Shown here piece after piece: positions 52,106 through 64,000 of a stretch of DNA of 64,000 nt. The notes under the pieces were generated by a model, which saw only the letters and a list, made by a program, of their open reading frames with translations, made no database searches and had not been told where the DNA came from. The DNA comes from Octopus sinensis (taxonomy: Eukaryota). Numbering within the stretch: position 1 is the first letter of the stretch; each line of letters starts with the position of its first letter. Position numbers and translations under genes: made by a program. The DNA lies in the NCBI RefSeq assembly GCF_006345805.1, contig NC_043014.1, positions 51,398,001-51,462,000 on the forward strand, written 5' to 3'.

Positions 52106-52850
52106 GGTCATCCCATATATAATGCGGTGTTTTTATATTTCTCTATTTTTCAAAATCAAGATACACATAGTACTTTTCAATTCTAAAATATACTCTCCTT
52201 CATTTTCTACAATGATCTTACATCTGTATAGTCGACTTGCGTAATCCCTCTTCCAAAATTCACTTGTCCGTGACGAAAGATCTCCTCCATTACTGTTTAC
52301 ATCTAGTTTACAGAATTCAAATTTTTTCCGTCGAAATGATTTTAAAAAAACAGCGGAATAAATGATATTCACAAGGGATAATGTCCCGCAAATATGGTGG
52401 GTGGGGCATCGTTTCTTGAAACCAACCAGACATTCTTCTTCTAGCACAATGAATACTTCTTCTAGCACGATGAATGGTTGAATGACCAAATCGAAGGTTC
52501 TCTGCTAGTTCCTCAACAGTTAACGATGAGATTTTCTTCAGCATTGTTTTGCAGGATGTCTTCATCGATCTCTACAGACTTTCCAGGATGAAGCTGTAGT
52601 TTCCAGCTCAGAATTTCTGGAATTCCTGTTTGATACTTGCTTATGCTTATTGTCTGATCCGCAAATGCTGCATTAATATTCCTCGCACTTTCTGTTGCGT
52701 TGCTGCCTTCATTGAACTCATAAAGCAAAATATTCCGAATATGCTGCTTTGTTACTTCCATTATAGTTTTGAAAAATGACTGTTGCAATCGAACTGCACT
52801 CTTCAAAACATGCACTAAGAATAAGTACAATGTAAAAGTACTAGCTGCTA
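52106..52850 (-). mobile_element. Internally deleted mariner (Tc1/mariner DD34D) element
   Basis: TIR-like ggtcatcccatatataatgcgg at 52106-52127; transposase remnants are listed separately. The opposite TIR is not recognisable. Confidence 0.9.
52182..52761 (-). pseudogene. Mariner transposase pseudogene
   Basis: N-terminus MEVTKQHIRNILLYEFNEGSNATESARNIN...TVEELAENLRFGHSTIHR is joined to C-terminal MPHPPYLRDIIPCEYHLFR...[10 protein letters not shown] (the HPPYSPDLAPSDYHLF motif). Frameshifted; the WVPHEL and first two catalytic Asp regions are missing. Confidence 0.92.
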
Positions 52851-52928
52851 TTTTTATATACACATGAATATTTCTATATGCAGCTAACTATAAGTATATA
52901 CATGTACATCTATATATATACTTTTATG

Positions 52929-52965
<37 letters not shown>

Positions 52966-54092
52966 AGTGCATATACATACATCTATATGTATGAATGTTT
53001 CATGATTATCCTATATGAAGACATTGAGTACTTCCTCTTTTATCGTAGATCGCTAAGGAAAAAGCCCAACATTGAACTCCCTCCAGTTGTAATCATTTCT
53101 CACCAACAAAACATATCCTTTTTCATAAAAGCATTAATTGATATATCACACTCTGTCATATTTATGGTTTCTAAAAAGAATGAAATAGTACCATAGGTGA
53201 TTACCACAGAACTAGAAATGTGAAGATCATCCTAATAACAATTGAAAAATGATGGGGAAAGAAATGAGTCTGTCTTTTCCTTATTCACTAATTTCAGCTT
53301 TCTAATCCCACCAAATTACACGAAGTATGATTAATCTATCTTGTAAAAACTCTCCACTAACGCAAGGATAACCGAACGAAGGCCGCAAAGAAAGAATATA
53401 TATTAAAACTTTATTTCTAGTTTAATAACTATCGCAATCTGAAAGATGTGTTTGCATTCTACTTGCATGCTATATGCAATGATATTATCATACTTGTTAT
53501 GCACTGTATTGTATTGTTTTGCGTCTGCTCGCCAGTCCGTGGTGTTAAATAGAAAGACTGAGGTTTGCTGTTCTAGGAAACAAACCAGAAAGGCAGATAA
53601 TATATGATATACATATATATACTTATATTAGTGCATATTTATATATATACAGAGATGGACATATTGATTGACTAGGTCTCAAATACACGGAAGACCAGCA
53701 TAAACAAACAACATTCAAGTGCCGTTCGTCAACACTCGGTGAGCGCCTGGTAAACAATAGCCACGAAAATAATTACATTAACGAAAGTTTGCAAATTGTC
53801 ATAAATAATATTCTTTTGGCCTGTCGTGATCTGTTCATGAAGTACGAAGTTCTTGATAACCTTCTATATGTACAGATAAGTGCAGGACTAGCCTCCCCCA
53901 GGAAGAAAATCGCTCACTCTGTTACCCACAGAGAATTACATATAGGAATATGTTTTCTCTGAATTGAAAAACAGATGATGGTATTAGCATGAAATATTGT
54001 CTTCTCTTGAATGTGTGACCTTTATTTCATGTCACATCTAAAAAAAAAAAAAAAGAGCCAGAGGTTGTTACGAAATGTATGATATACTAAAG

Positions 54093-54249
54093 CAAGTGTG
54101 ACCGTGCTATAAGAAGCTTGCTTCTCAAACACACGGTTCTGGGTTCAGTCGTACTGTATGGCAACTTGGGTAAGCGCCTTCTATTATAGCCTCGGGCCGA
54201 CCAAAGCCTTGTGATTGCATTTATCATACGGAAACTGACAGAAGCCCAC

Positions 54250-54250
<1 letters not shown>
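54093..54250 (+). mobile_element. SINE family C
   Basis: gtgtgaccgtgctataagaagcttgc...ggttctgggttcagtc...gcctcgggccgaccaaagccttgtga...cggaaactgacagaagccc. Confidence 0.85.
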
Positions 54251-54327
<77 letters not shown>

Positions 54328-54329
54328 CG

Positions 54330-54612
54330 ATTGCAGCGTGGAAGGTGTTTATAAGCCATTTAAGAAACACACAAAAGCCGTTCGATTCACTTCAACATTT
54401 AAGTTTAATTTGTCAAAATATTTTCTTCGCTTTAAGACCGCGACCTGTTCACTGACAAAAATCCGTGCTGCATCGGATTTTTGTCAGTGAACAGGTCGCG
54501 GTCTTTAAGCGACGACGAAAATATTTTGACAAATGAAACTTAAATGTTTAAGTGAATCGAACGGCTTTTGTGTGTTTCTTAAATGACTTACAAACACCTT
54601 CCACGCTGCAAT
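54330..54612. mobile_element. 283-bp foldback element with G3:C8 hammerhead-like motif
   Basis: Arms 54330-54465 and 54474-54612 are near-perfect inverted repeats with an 8-nt loop. Plus-strand motif at 54480-54533. Confidence 0.92.
54480..54533 (+). ncRNA. Type I hammerhead-like ribozyme, G3:C8 core variant
   Basis: UUUGUCA-GUGAACA-G-GUCG...CGAC-GAAA-AUAU-UU-UGACAAA: 7-bp helix I, 4-bp helix II, palindromic AAUAUU helix III. Confidence 0.6.
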
Positions 54613-54666
54613 TGTTTTCGTTTCAGCACACAATCTCAGATCAAATTACTTGCTATGCGAGTACAT

Positions 54667-54721
<55 letters not shown>

Positions 54722-56199
54722 TAAAACATTCGTAAAGTTCTGTATGGACGATTTATCTTTGTTGATATCGAAATTCTAGCAATGGGTCTTCCGTTTCTTT
54801 ACTGAAAATCAGCGACCACTTAACAAAAATTCTAAGAAATAAAATGTAAGAAACACACATTAAACCGTTGCCCCCCACTAAGTACATAGATATGTGTGCA
54901 CGTGTTTTCAGGTGTACACAGATATATAATATATACATACGTATACACTACACACACACACACACACAGACACATATATATACATATACATACATATACA
55001 TACATATACATATATATATATTATAAATATATATACACACACACACAGAAGAGGAAGAACGAATACACAATCTACGCTGATTAGTTCCATTTTAATTTTT
55101 GTTAATTTTGTGTTCGTTTTTCTTCCTATTTGCATTTAGCTGGCGGCTTTCAATTGACGGCTTGTGTTTATTCTTGCTTTCCGAGAAATGCCCCGCTCAA
55201 AACACCCCTAGTCATGTATTTTATCACAGTTTTCTTTCTTAACGTGTTTAATTAATGATTCAACTTTACACAGTAAATAGGCCAACTCTCTGCTTGAGTA
55301 CAAGACACAGACGTAGTCAATGCAACGTTTATTGCTATTTACATGTTTGTCGTTCAAAGTCGGCCATTTTGTTTAGTATGCCATCATCACTTAACTCTCT
55401 CTTTCTATCTCACTTTAGCTCCCTCTCTCTCTCTCTATTTATATATATAATGTATATGTAAATATATGAATATATATATCTGAATATATACTAATGTGTG
55501 CGTGTATGTGTATATATATATATATGTGCGTGTGTGTGTGTATGGATGCATGTGTGTGTATGGATGCATGCGTGTGTGTGTATGGATGCATGTGTGTGTG
55601 TGTGTGTGTATGGATGCATATGTGTGTTGTATGTATACATATATATATGTGCATATGTGTGTATATATGCGCAGATATATGTGAGTGTATATGTGTTTGT
55701 GTGGATGTATGTATGTTTATATATGTATATATGTGTACGTGTGTATAAATGTATGTTGTATGTATACATATATATATATATATATATATATGCATAAGTG
55801 TGTATATATGCGCATATATATGTGAGTGTATATGTGTTTGTGTGGATGTATGCATGTTTATTTAAATGTATGTGCGCGTGTGTATGTATGTATTTCAGGT
55901 AAAGGACAACAAACCGGAAAAAATATATTCAACACACGCTGCAGAATTTATTTATTTATTCTAAAATGATTAAGATCTTCGCCATTCAGATCTTTTGTCC
56001 CCATGTGACTTTCAGGCGACAGAAATATTCATGTACATTTCTATCACTTGAACGAACGCATAAGCAGCAATGGAAAGAATCATTCAAGACCCACGAGCCC
56101 CCTCCCCACCCCAAGATCTTTGGAGGTTTAGTTACACACTTACTGTTGTGTCCCGTTATCCAGTTTTTCGGAAGTGATGAATGCCCATTTCCTATAGTT

Positions 56200-56620
56200 T
56201 TGCTTACGGCACAACTCTTCCAGGTGTTTCCAATGCTAGCCAGATACCTTTTCTTCTCTGCTCGGCCTGCGAGCGACTGTCTAAAATATGTCAGCATCCT
56301 TCAACTAAACTCTATAAGGAATCTCTTGTATTCAGCTTCAGTATCCCGACTTGCTAATCTGTTTCCCTACACGGTTGACCTAGATCTTGGTTCTCGGCCG
56401 CTTTCCTTTGTGATGTCTCCTCGTACATAACTTCTGATGAGATTCCTTCTCTGCCTTCTCAGACCATATGACTATCGTAAATCCGATACATGCTTGAACA
56501 GTTTGGAAAAATGAAGTTTCTTCTCCCAGATGTAATTACATCTCTCGTAATTGCGTTGCTTTAGAGGCTCTTTGTATTTAGGAAAAGCTGGATATTTCCT
56601 TTCCTTAGGTGGACAACCGG
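56200..56620 (-). pseudogene. Decayed RLE-type (R2/Hero/NeSL-like) LINE endonuclease region
   Basis: Across frameshifts: ...KKLHF...IVIWSEKAEK...YEETSQRKAAENQDLGQPCRE...AEKKRYLASIG, resembling PDIVIWS...EEAHERK..KY.DL...CRE of restriction-like endonucleases. Confidence 0.55.
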
Positions 56621-57097
56621 AGCTGATTTCGTGTGAGCTAGTATTCTTTCCTCTCTCTCCTACTCGACGCAATCTACTGTTCTGGGGAAATAACTAAGAC
56701 AGATATAAATGGACGCATGACAAAGTGTAGTATAGTACCATGTTAGTATTACAGTCAACAGACCCATATTCCAACCATTATTCTATGGCTGTAGTCTATG
56801 TGTCAGACGCTGGACGAAGTAGAAATGAGAAACTGAAGAACTACAGTCTCCACTGACGCTGGTATTATCAACTTAGAACGACAGATCTTTAGAAAGAAAT
56901 AAGATTTTAATCCATTGGTAGGCAAAGCAACACGGGAACATAGGCATTAGCCCATAATACGTGTGTTTCAAATTCTGAACGGAGAAGGTGCTTACACACA
57001 ATAAGAAAACATTCATTCCAAAAGGTTCGTGTGATTCTCTTTTTCTGAGATCTTTTTTAATAACAAATCGGAGGAATATGTTTCTTCATTTCTCTCC

Positions 57098-57133
<36 letters not shown>

Positions 57134-58190
57134 TTAGGTGTAGAAGACATCATAGCTGCATCAGTAGGTTCAAAATAAAAAAAAGCAGAAGCAAATATAA
57201 TCTAAAATCTTCTCTAATCCCGTTGTTCGAACATAAGAATATAAATTAAACCTTTATTCTACAAGCTTTGCGCTATATTACCGATAATGTGCTCCAGTGT
57301 TCTAATATAGAGGCTAGCATAAAATTGGCTGCTATTTCTACCGTCTGAAAGCAACCACTAGAAATTTTCCCTTCTCCAAGCTTGCTATCGACGATGATGA
57401 ATATTCTATTGTTTCTAAAGTGAGTGCTAATTGCAAGGATGATCGTAGAACGGATTTGATGAAGATATGACCTTAGACGATGAAAATAATGATGATGGTG
57501 ATTGGGATAAGGAGACTTCAGAGAAAATGAATGACGAGCCAAGATAAAGTGAGATTTATATAAATATATATACTCATACATATACAGACACACATATGTG
57601 CATATATAAATAGACAATATAAATACACACACACACATATAGATACACACAAACTCACACACGCACATATATATAGATATACATACAGACACATATATAT
57701 AGAGAGAGATATGTATATTTATATATCTCTATATAGACATTTATGATATATGCCTGTCTGTCTGTATCTCTCTCTCTCTCTCTGTATATATATTTATATA
57801 TACATCCACATAGATGCACAAAGAATTCCATTTCTCTAAGTATATTTGCTTGCATGTCTCTTTCGCTCCCTTTCTCTCACACACTCTCTCTCTCTCATAT
57901 TACACACTCCACACGTATAAGTATATATATGTATGTATATGTATGTATGTGTGTATGTATATGTATATATATATATATAATATATATATATATATGTATA
58001 TGTATGTATGTATATGTATGTATGTATATGTATGTATGTATATGTATGTATGTATATGTATGTATGTATATGTATGTATATATATGTATGTATGTATATG
58101 TATGTATATATATGTATGTATGTATATGTATGTATATATATTTATAGGTATGTATGTATATGTATGTATATATATTTATAGGTATGTATG

Positions 58191-58226
<36 letters not shown>

Positions 58227-58284
58227 TATGTATGTATGTATATGTATGGATATATATATATATATATATATATAGGTATGTATG

Positions 58285-58317
<33 letters not shown>

Positions 58318-59113
58318 TTGTATGTGTGCTTGTGTCTCTATAGTTATATGTGTGTATATGTATACGCTGATGTACAAAGGTGGGGTATCTGCACCTGTGT
58401 GACGAGGACGGTGGCGGTAGTGGCTGGAAGGTGTAGTCCTTATTTGCAATAAGAATGATTTGCACGAAATTTGTTGCTAACGTTACGAGAAGTAATCGAA
58501 GAGCAAACTTACGTGACTGAAGTTAGTTATGATTGGGTTCAGCCATTGCCAGTAGAGAATATTGGCTTGTCGCCTGGAGCTGGTGGCTGGGTGCGAGACG
58601 AACGTTCGGGTCGGTGTGTTGGCAGTTAAGACATACCACAGGCGTGTATGTGGTTGCACTCAACACACAACACACACACGTATGTGTGATCTATGTACAT
58701 ATATATATATTATATATTATATATATATTATATATATATATATATGTATATGAGAGAGAGAGAGAGATATGTAGGTATATTTTTAATGCATATACATGCA
58801 TATGTCTATATGTGTGTTTGTATACATCATTTTGATATCTGTCTATCTGTGTCTATCTATATATTTATATATATATATGTATATATATGTATGTGTATAT
58901 GTATGTATATATATATATGTATAAGTATATATATGTGTATATGCTTGTATATATGTATAAGTATATATATATGTGTGTACATGTATGTATATATATACAT
59001 ATATATATATATATGTATATATGTATTTTTATATGTATATATATATATATGTATATATGTATATATATATGTGCATATATATATGTGCATAGATATGTGC
59101 ATATATATATATA

Positions 59114-59149
<36 letters not shown>

Positions 59150-59832
59150 CATAATATATTATATAATATAATATAATTATATATACATACACGTGGGCGT
59201 GGGTGCTATGACTGGTATTTTCCTGAATTCTTTCTCATTTCAAACGATGACATTTCAAGAAATTACCATTCCCTCGCCTGTCTGTCTGTTTTCTTGTCTT
59301 TCTCTCAGCTTAACTCTCTCCCCCACAGCTCTCCCTCTCTCTCTCTCCATCTCTTTGTCTCTCAGTCTCTTATCATATGCTTTTTCGCCATACTCAGTCT
59401 GTTCTCATCCATTACTCTTTTAAGACCCATAATAATTCCTACAACCGCCCATTCTTTAGCTGTCTTCCCCCCCACCTTGCTACTTTATCTCCCACTTTCT
59501 AACTCTTCTGTTCTTTCTTTCTCACTCTTCCTTTCTCATCCTTACTTTCTCTCTCCCTCGCTCTCGTCGCGCCCGCACTCTTTCCCCCTCCCCGCACTCT
59601 CTCACTTTTGTGATCAATAATTCAAAATTATTGCTTCCATGTGAATGACCAACCGACTAATATCTCTCCTCAACACCATAGCCAGTCCCTTCTTTGAATT
59701 CCTCTTAAACTGTTTGAAACAAATATTTTGCACATTCCAAAAGTCCTCTATCGATTTATTTATCTACATAACTGTCTATCTAATCTGCCCAATATGACTT
59801 TATATAATATATATAGATATATATATATATAT

Positions 59833-59870
<38 letters not shown>

Positions 59871-60645
59871 AACAAACTATAAACACGCACACAGAAGCAA
59901 TTAAAGTAAAAGGCGGTTCTCCAGCATGGCTTCAGCCAGTAAAAGATTTTAAAAATGTGTGGAAAACGGGGGAAAGAGACAGCCAATGAGGTGACAAAGT
60001 TGAAAGAGTGACAAACTAGCTCCAGGACCAATTTCGAAAACGAAATTTATCTATCTGTCTGTCATATATATATATATATATATATCGTAACTTCTGGGAC
60101 CCTGGGACTTGACTGATGAAAGAAAGCCAAATATGAAGCGACTGCCGCCACCATCTAAATATGAAGTCATTAGAATAGAATTGTCTATAAACGAACCTAT
60201 ACATATATATATATATATATATATAAATATATGTATGTGTGTGTGTGTGTGTGTATATAATGAGCGAAAAATGTATAAGACTGAGACTACCCATGATGGC
60301 GGTCCCCGCCTTCGAAAATACATTTTAACTAATTTCAGTAACTGAGTACCCTATTTGTGTCTGTATACGTAGGCACACACACACACACACACATACACAC
60401 ACACACAGCTATACCTATATACATATATGCGTGCGAATGTGTTCCGTAATGCATCTGTGATTTGTATGTCTGTATGTCTGATAAAACACACCAGGGTTGC
60501 AGAGACACAAAGAAACCGTGAACCACGCAAGTCCAGAGCGAACATGTTGCCTTCAGTTCCAACTGGCCACTTGCGCCCGACCATCTGTCTGAGAATGCAT
60601 CGGATTGATTCGACACAGCCAGACACCCTGTTCTCCGTCTTCTTA

Positions 60646-61063
60646 CCCTCCATCAGACACCTATCATATTCTGAGCGCCTTGTTTCCCTGGGCATGGATT
60701 CACTGAAGCTCCGGCGTCTGGCGACGGACTTGGTAAACACCCACAAAGTTATCAACCACCTCACCAACAACAACACTGAACACCTTTTTGATCTCCATGT
60801 GTCTAACACACGTGGACATGCCTACAAAGTCAGAAAACAGCACAGCTCCTTCCATGACTTTCGGAAACATTTTTTCACGCTCAGAGTTGCTGAAGCATGG
60901 AACAAACTGCCTGCGTCAGTTGTTGACTGCCATGACACTGCATCCTTTAAGGCCCTCATGCTTTCCGAAATCCGCCGAAACTACACCTGATTATATATAC
61001 GCTTTAGATGAGTTGTAGTGCACCTGAGCACTGTACACAATTATTATTATTATTATTATTATT
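60646..61063 (+). mobile_element. 5'-truncated CR1/L2-group LINE (ORF2 C-terminus, 3' UTR, (ATT)n tail)
   Basis: PSIRHLSYSERLVSLGMDSLKLRRLATDL...TRGHAYKVRK...RKHFFTLRVAEAWNKLPASVV...SFK, with stop at 60990 and (ATT)8 at 61040-61063. The frame is uninterrupted. Confidence 0.93.
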
Positions 61064-61646
61064 CTCCCTTATCGTATCCTCGGTCATCGTCGGCAACGAC
61101 GGATGATCTCATAATAATTAATATAATGCGTAAAAGAAAAACTGCATCAGTGTGTGTGTGTGCATTTATAATATTTATTTCATAGCTTTTCTTGAACAAG
61201 ACTGCGTTCGGTCCCGTTACTCTCTCCTTAAATTGATAGTTTAGAAATACAAAATATCACCATTTCCAGATATTTCACTGAACTCTGTGTCTCTCTGTCG
61301 GTCTTTTATATATTATAAAGAGAAACCGGCAAAAATAAATACAAATACATAAAATAAATAATAAATAGGAAACTGAAGATTTTTATCTTTTATTATGTCG
61401 TAAAGATTTTATCTTTTCGTTTATTTTCGGAATATTTCTGGTATTCATTCCTGATTATGTAGCCGTTTCGCGATTTAAATCATTTCTATAGATCATAAAT
61501 GCAGCTATAGAATTAATTATTCTTTCTTAGAATCCAACGCGAAAATCCCATTACAATTATATATCCTATGTAGGAGTTTGTGTGATTGTGTGTGTGTTGG
61601 TTGCTTATGGGAGAGTGTGCCTATTTATGTGTGTGCGTGTGTGTGC

Positions 61647-61678
<32 letters not shown>

Positions 61679-62282
61679 GTTTGGACTGGTTTCGTGATTG
61701 TGTATCTTGATGTGAATCGACTGCAATGTCTGCTAGTATCTCTTTGTATGTGCTTTATTTATTGATGCAAATATAAACAATTATATACATGCACGCACCT
61801 ATATATAAAGACATCCACACACATACACACTGTATATATGTATATACATACACAAATATATGCGTGTGTGTGTGTATTCAGTATATTAAAAATTCGAATA
61901 GAGAAATTCAGTGTATGTAAAATAATGAAAGCCAAAAGAAAAAAAAAAACCTATTTGAATCTGGAATTAATATTAAAATCACAGAATAGGAGTTATGTAG
62001 CGATAAATATGATAAATATATTTTAAGCACGACGCGAGAGTATTTCAGTGCAAAGTCTATCAAAGAATCTTGAGTCATAAAATAACAAAGTAATATCGAA
62101 TAGAAGGAATGACAACATAAATCAACAGAGAAATAGGTGTAGAAATAGTTTTTATTTTCGTCGGTTTAATTATATCTCTTTAGACACACAGACAGACAGA
62201 CAGACACACGCTTGCACACGCACGCGCGCGGTATGGAGCCGCATCAAACTGTGTAAAATATCTATCTCCTAGAAAATATATT

Positions 62283-62477
62283 TATTTATTTGTTGCCCAC
62301 AGGGGGCTAAACATAGAAGGGGACAAACAAGGGCAGACGAAGGGATTAAGTCGATAACATCGATCCCAGTGCGTAACTGGTACTTAGTTAATCGACCCCG
62401 AAAGGATGAATGACAAAGTCGACCTCGGCGGACAGAACGTAACTGCAGACGAATTATTGCTAAACATTTCGCCGCCT
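62283..62477 (-). mobile_element. SINE family A with internal deletions
   Basis: cccacagggggctaaac...atcgaccccgaaaggatgaatgacaaagtcgacctcggcgg. Confidence 0.85.
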
Positions 62478-62564
62478 TTTCTACTAAATATATGAAGCGC
62501 CATTTTTTTCCGTTTGTTCAATCATTCGTGTGTGTGTATAAATATATATATATATATATATATT

Positions 62565-62825
62565 CAGTGGGACTGAACTCGGAATCGTGTGGTTGGGAAG
62601 CAAGCTTCAGACCACATAGTCACTCGTGTGTGTATAGATATATGCAAATACAGACACATACACAGTCGGCTTCAGCACTGTTTCCGCCGACCACATTCAC
62701 TCACAAGACATTCGTCGGCCAAGAAATATAGTAGCACACAACTTCCGAAATCACCCCCCGGTTGGCCGAAACCCGAAACCTACATGGTTACAAAGCAAGA
62801 TCCTTAACCACACACTGACGCCTAC
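62565..62825 (-). mobile_element. SINE family C, two partial pieces
   Basis: gggactgaactcggaatcgtgtggttgggaagcaagc and cattcactcacaagacattcgtcggcc...ccttaaccacac. Confidence 0.55.
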
Positions 62826-63304
62826 GTCTCTGATATAAATTTAAATTTTGCAATATGTCACTTTTCCAATTACAAATTTCTATTATAACATGGATGCCGC
62901 AGACGCTTACGTTACTCTCATACGTCAGCAACGTAAATCTAAACATTTGGGTCCTCAATCATTCATTATATAATCGATTTTAACCATGCACCGCCAGTGA
63001 GCGAGCAAAATTAACGATTTTTATAGCATGTATTCGATATGCGAGCGGTGTTTCATGGCCGCGAGCCATAAATTATATACATTAATCGTTAGATGTCTGG
63101 AGGTTATCACCGTCCTTGCACAGGTTCCTACTTATCTCTTGTTACATTTATTTCCTCCTATCTCTAGTATAATGCTAACCACATAATATTAACTCTCATT
63201 TTCTTTCTTGTAGTAAATGCTTTCACGCATTATACTCCAGTACAGTAGCTGTGTAGAGGATTAACTTCTCATCGGGTCAGATGAGTTATTTGAGCTAGAA
63301 GCTT

Positions 63305-63348
<44 letters not shown>

Positions 63349-63374
63349 TTGTGGTGCGCCAGTATGGCTGAAAC

Positions 63375-63613
63375 AAGGCGGCGAGCTGGCAGAAACGTTA
63401 TCACGCCGGGCGAAATGCATAGCCGTATTTCGTCTGCCGTTACGTTCTTAGTTCAAATTCCAGCGAGGTCGACTTTGCCTTTCATCCTTTCGGGGTCGAT
63501 TAAATTACGTACCAGTTACGCACTGGGGTCGATATAACCGACTTAATCCATTTGTCTGTCCTTGTTTGTCCTCTCTGTGTTTAGCCCCTTGTGGGTAGTA
63601 AAGAAATAAGTAT
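63375..63613 (+). mobile_element. Full-length SINE family A
   Basis: Colinear with 46004-46237. Confidence 0.92.
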
Positions 63614-63646
63614 GGTTGAGACATAACATAATACAAGAATATATAT

Positions 63647-63950
63647 GAAGGCGTGGGGCATATTGGATAGCGTGTTTCGCTCACGGTCAAGTGGTCGTGA
63701 GTTCGATTTCAGGCGGCCCACTTTGTCTTTGAACAAGTCTCTTTATTTCACGTTACTCCAATCCACTCAGGTGGCAAAAATGAGTAGTACCTGTATTTCA
63801 AAGGGCCAGCCTTGTCACACTTTGGGTCACGCTGAATCTCCCCGAGAACTACGTTGAAGGCACGCGTGTCTGTCAGGTGCTCAGCCATTTGTACGTTAAT
63901 TTCACGAACAGATTCTTTCGTTCATCGAATCAACTGGAACACAGGTCGTC
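63647..63950 (+). mobile_element. CORE-like SINE family E
   Basis: tRNA-like head (gagttcgatttc), CORE-like ttgaacaagtctctttatttcacgttactccaatccactcag, and tail ending gttcatcgaatcaactggaac. Confidence 0.8.
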
Positions 63951-64000
63951 ACTTATATCTAAATGCATTTGCCAAACTTTGTTGTAGCTTATTAAAACCC

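Noticed and set aside
56740-56830. IFQPLFYGCS as an RTE-like RT remnant
   Set aside because: A single short motif with flanking stops; insufficient evidence.

Overview
AT-rich, microsatellite-saturated animal DNA. The SINE repertoire and (TA)n/(CA)n/(TATC)n density suggest an octopus (coleoid cephalopod) intergenic or intronic region; this is inference, not a database match. No intact host protein-coding gene can be supported, and almost all ORF-track entries are microsatellite translations. The window holds about 40 SINE copies in at least four modular families, a 5'-truncated CR1/L2-group LINE, R4/Dong-like and R2/Hero-like LINE scraps, an internally deleted mariner, Helitron/Helentron-type non-autonomous elements and several decayed Penelope-like element (PLE) fragments. 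The most notable signal is a set of at least five unrelated short repeats that each carry a minimal type I hammerhead-ribozyme (HHR) fold. Several have non-canonical cores (G3:C8 swap at 54480-54533, U4C at 12231-12265 and 15469-15514, A6U in three copies of one family). Several sit in 80-280 bp foldback palindromes in which the antisense copy precedes the ribozyme on either strand. Ribozyme activity is untested, and folds were assigned by eye.
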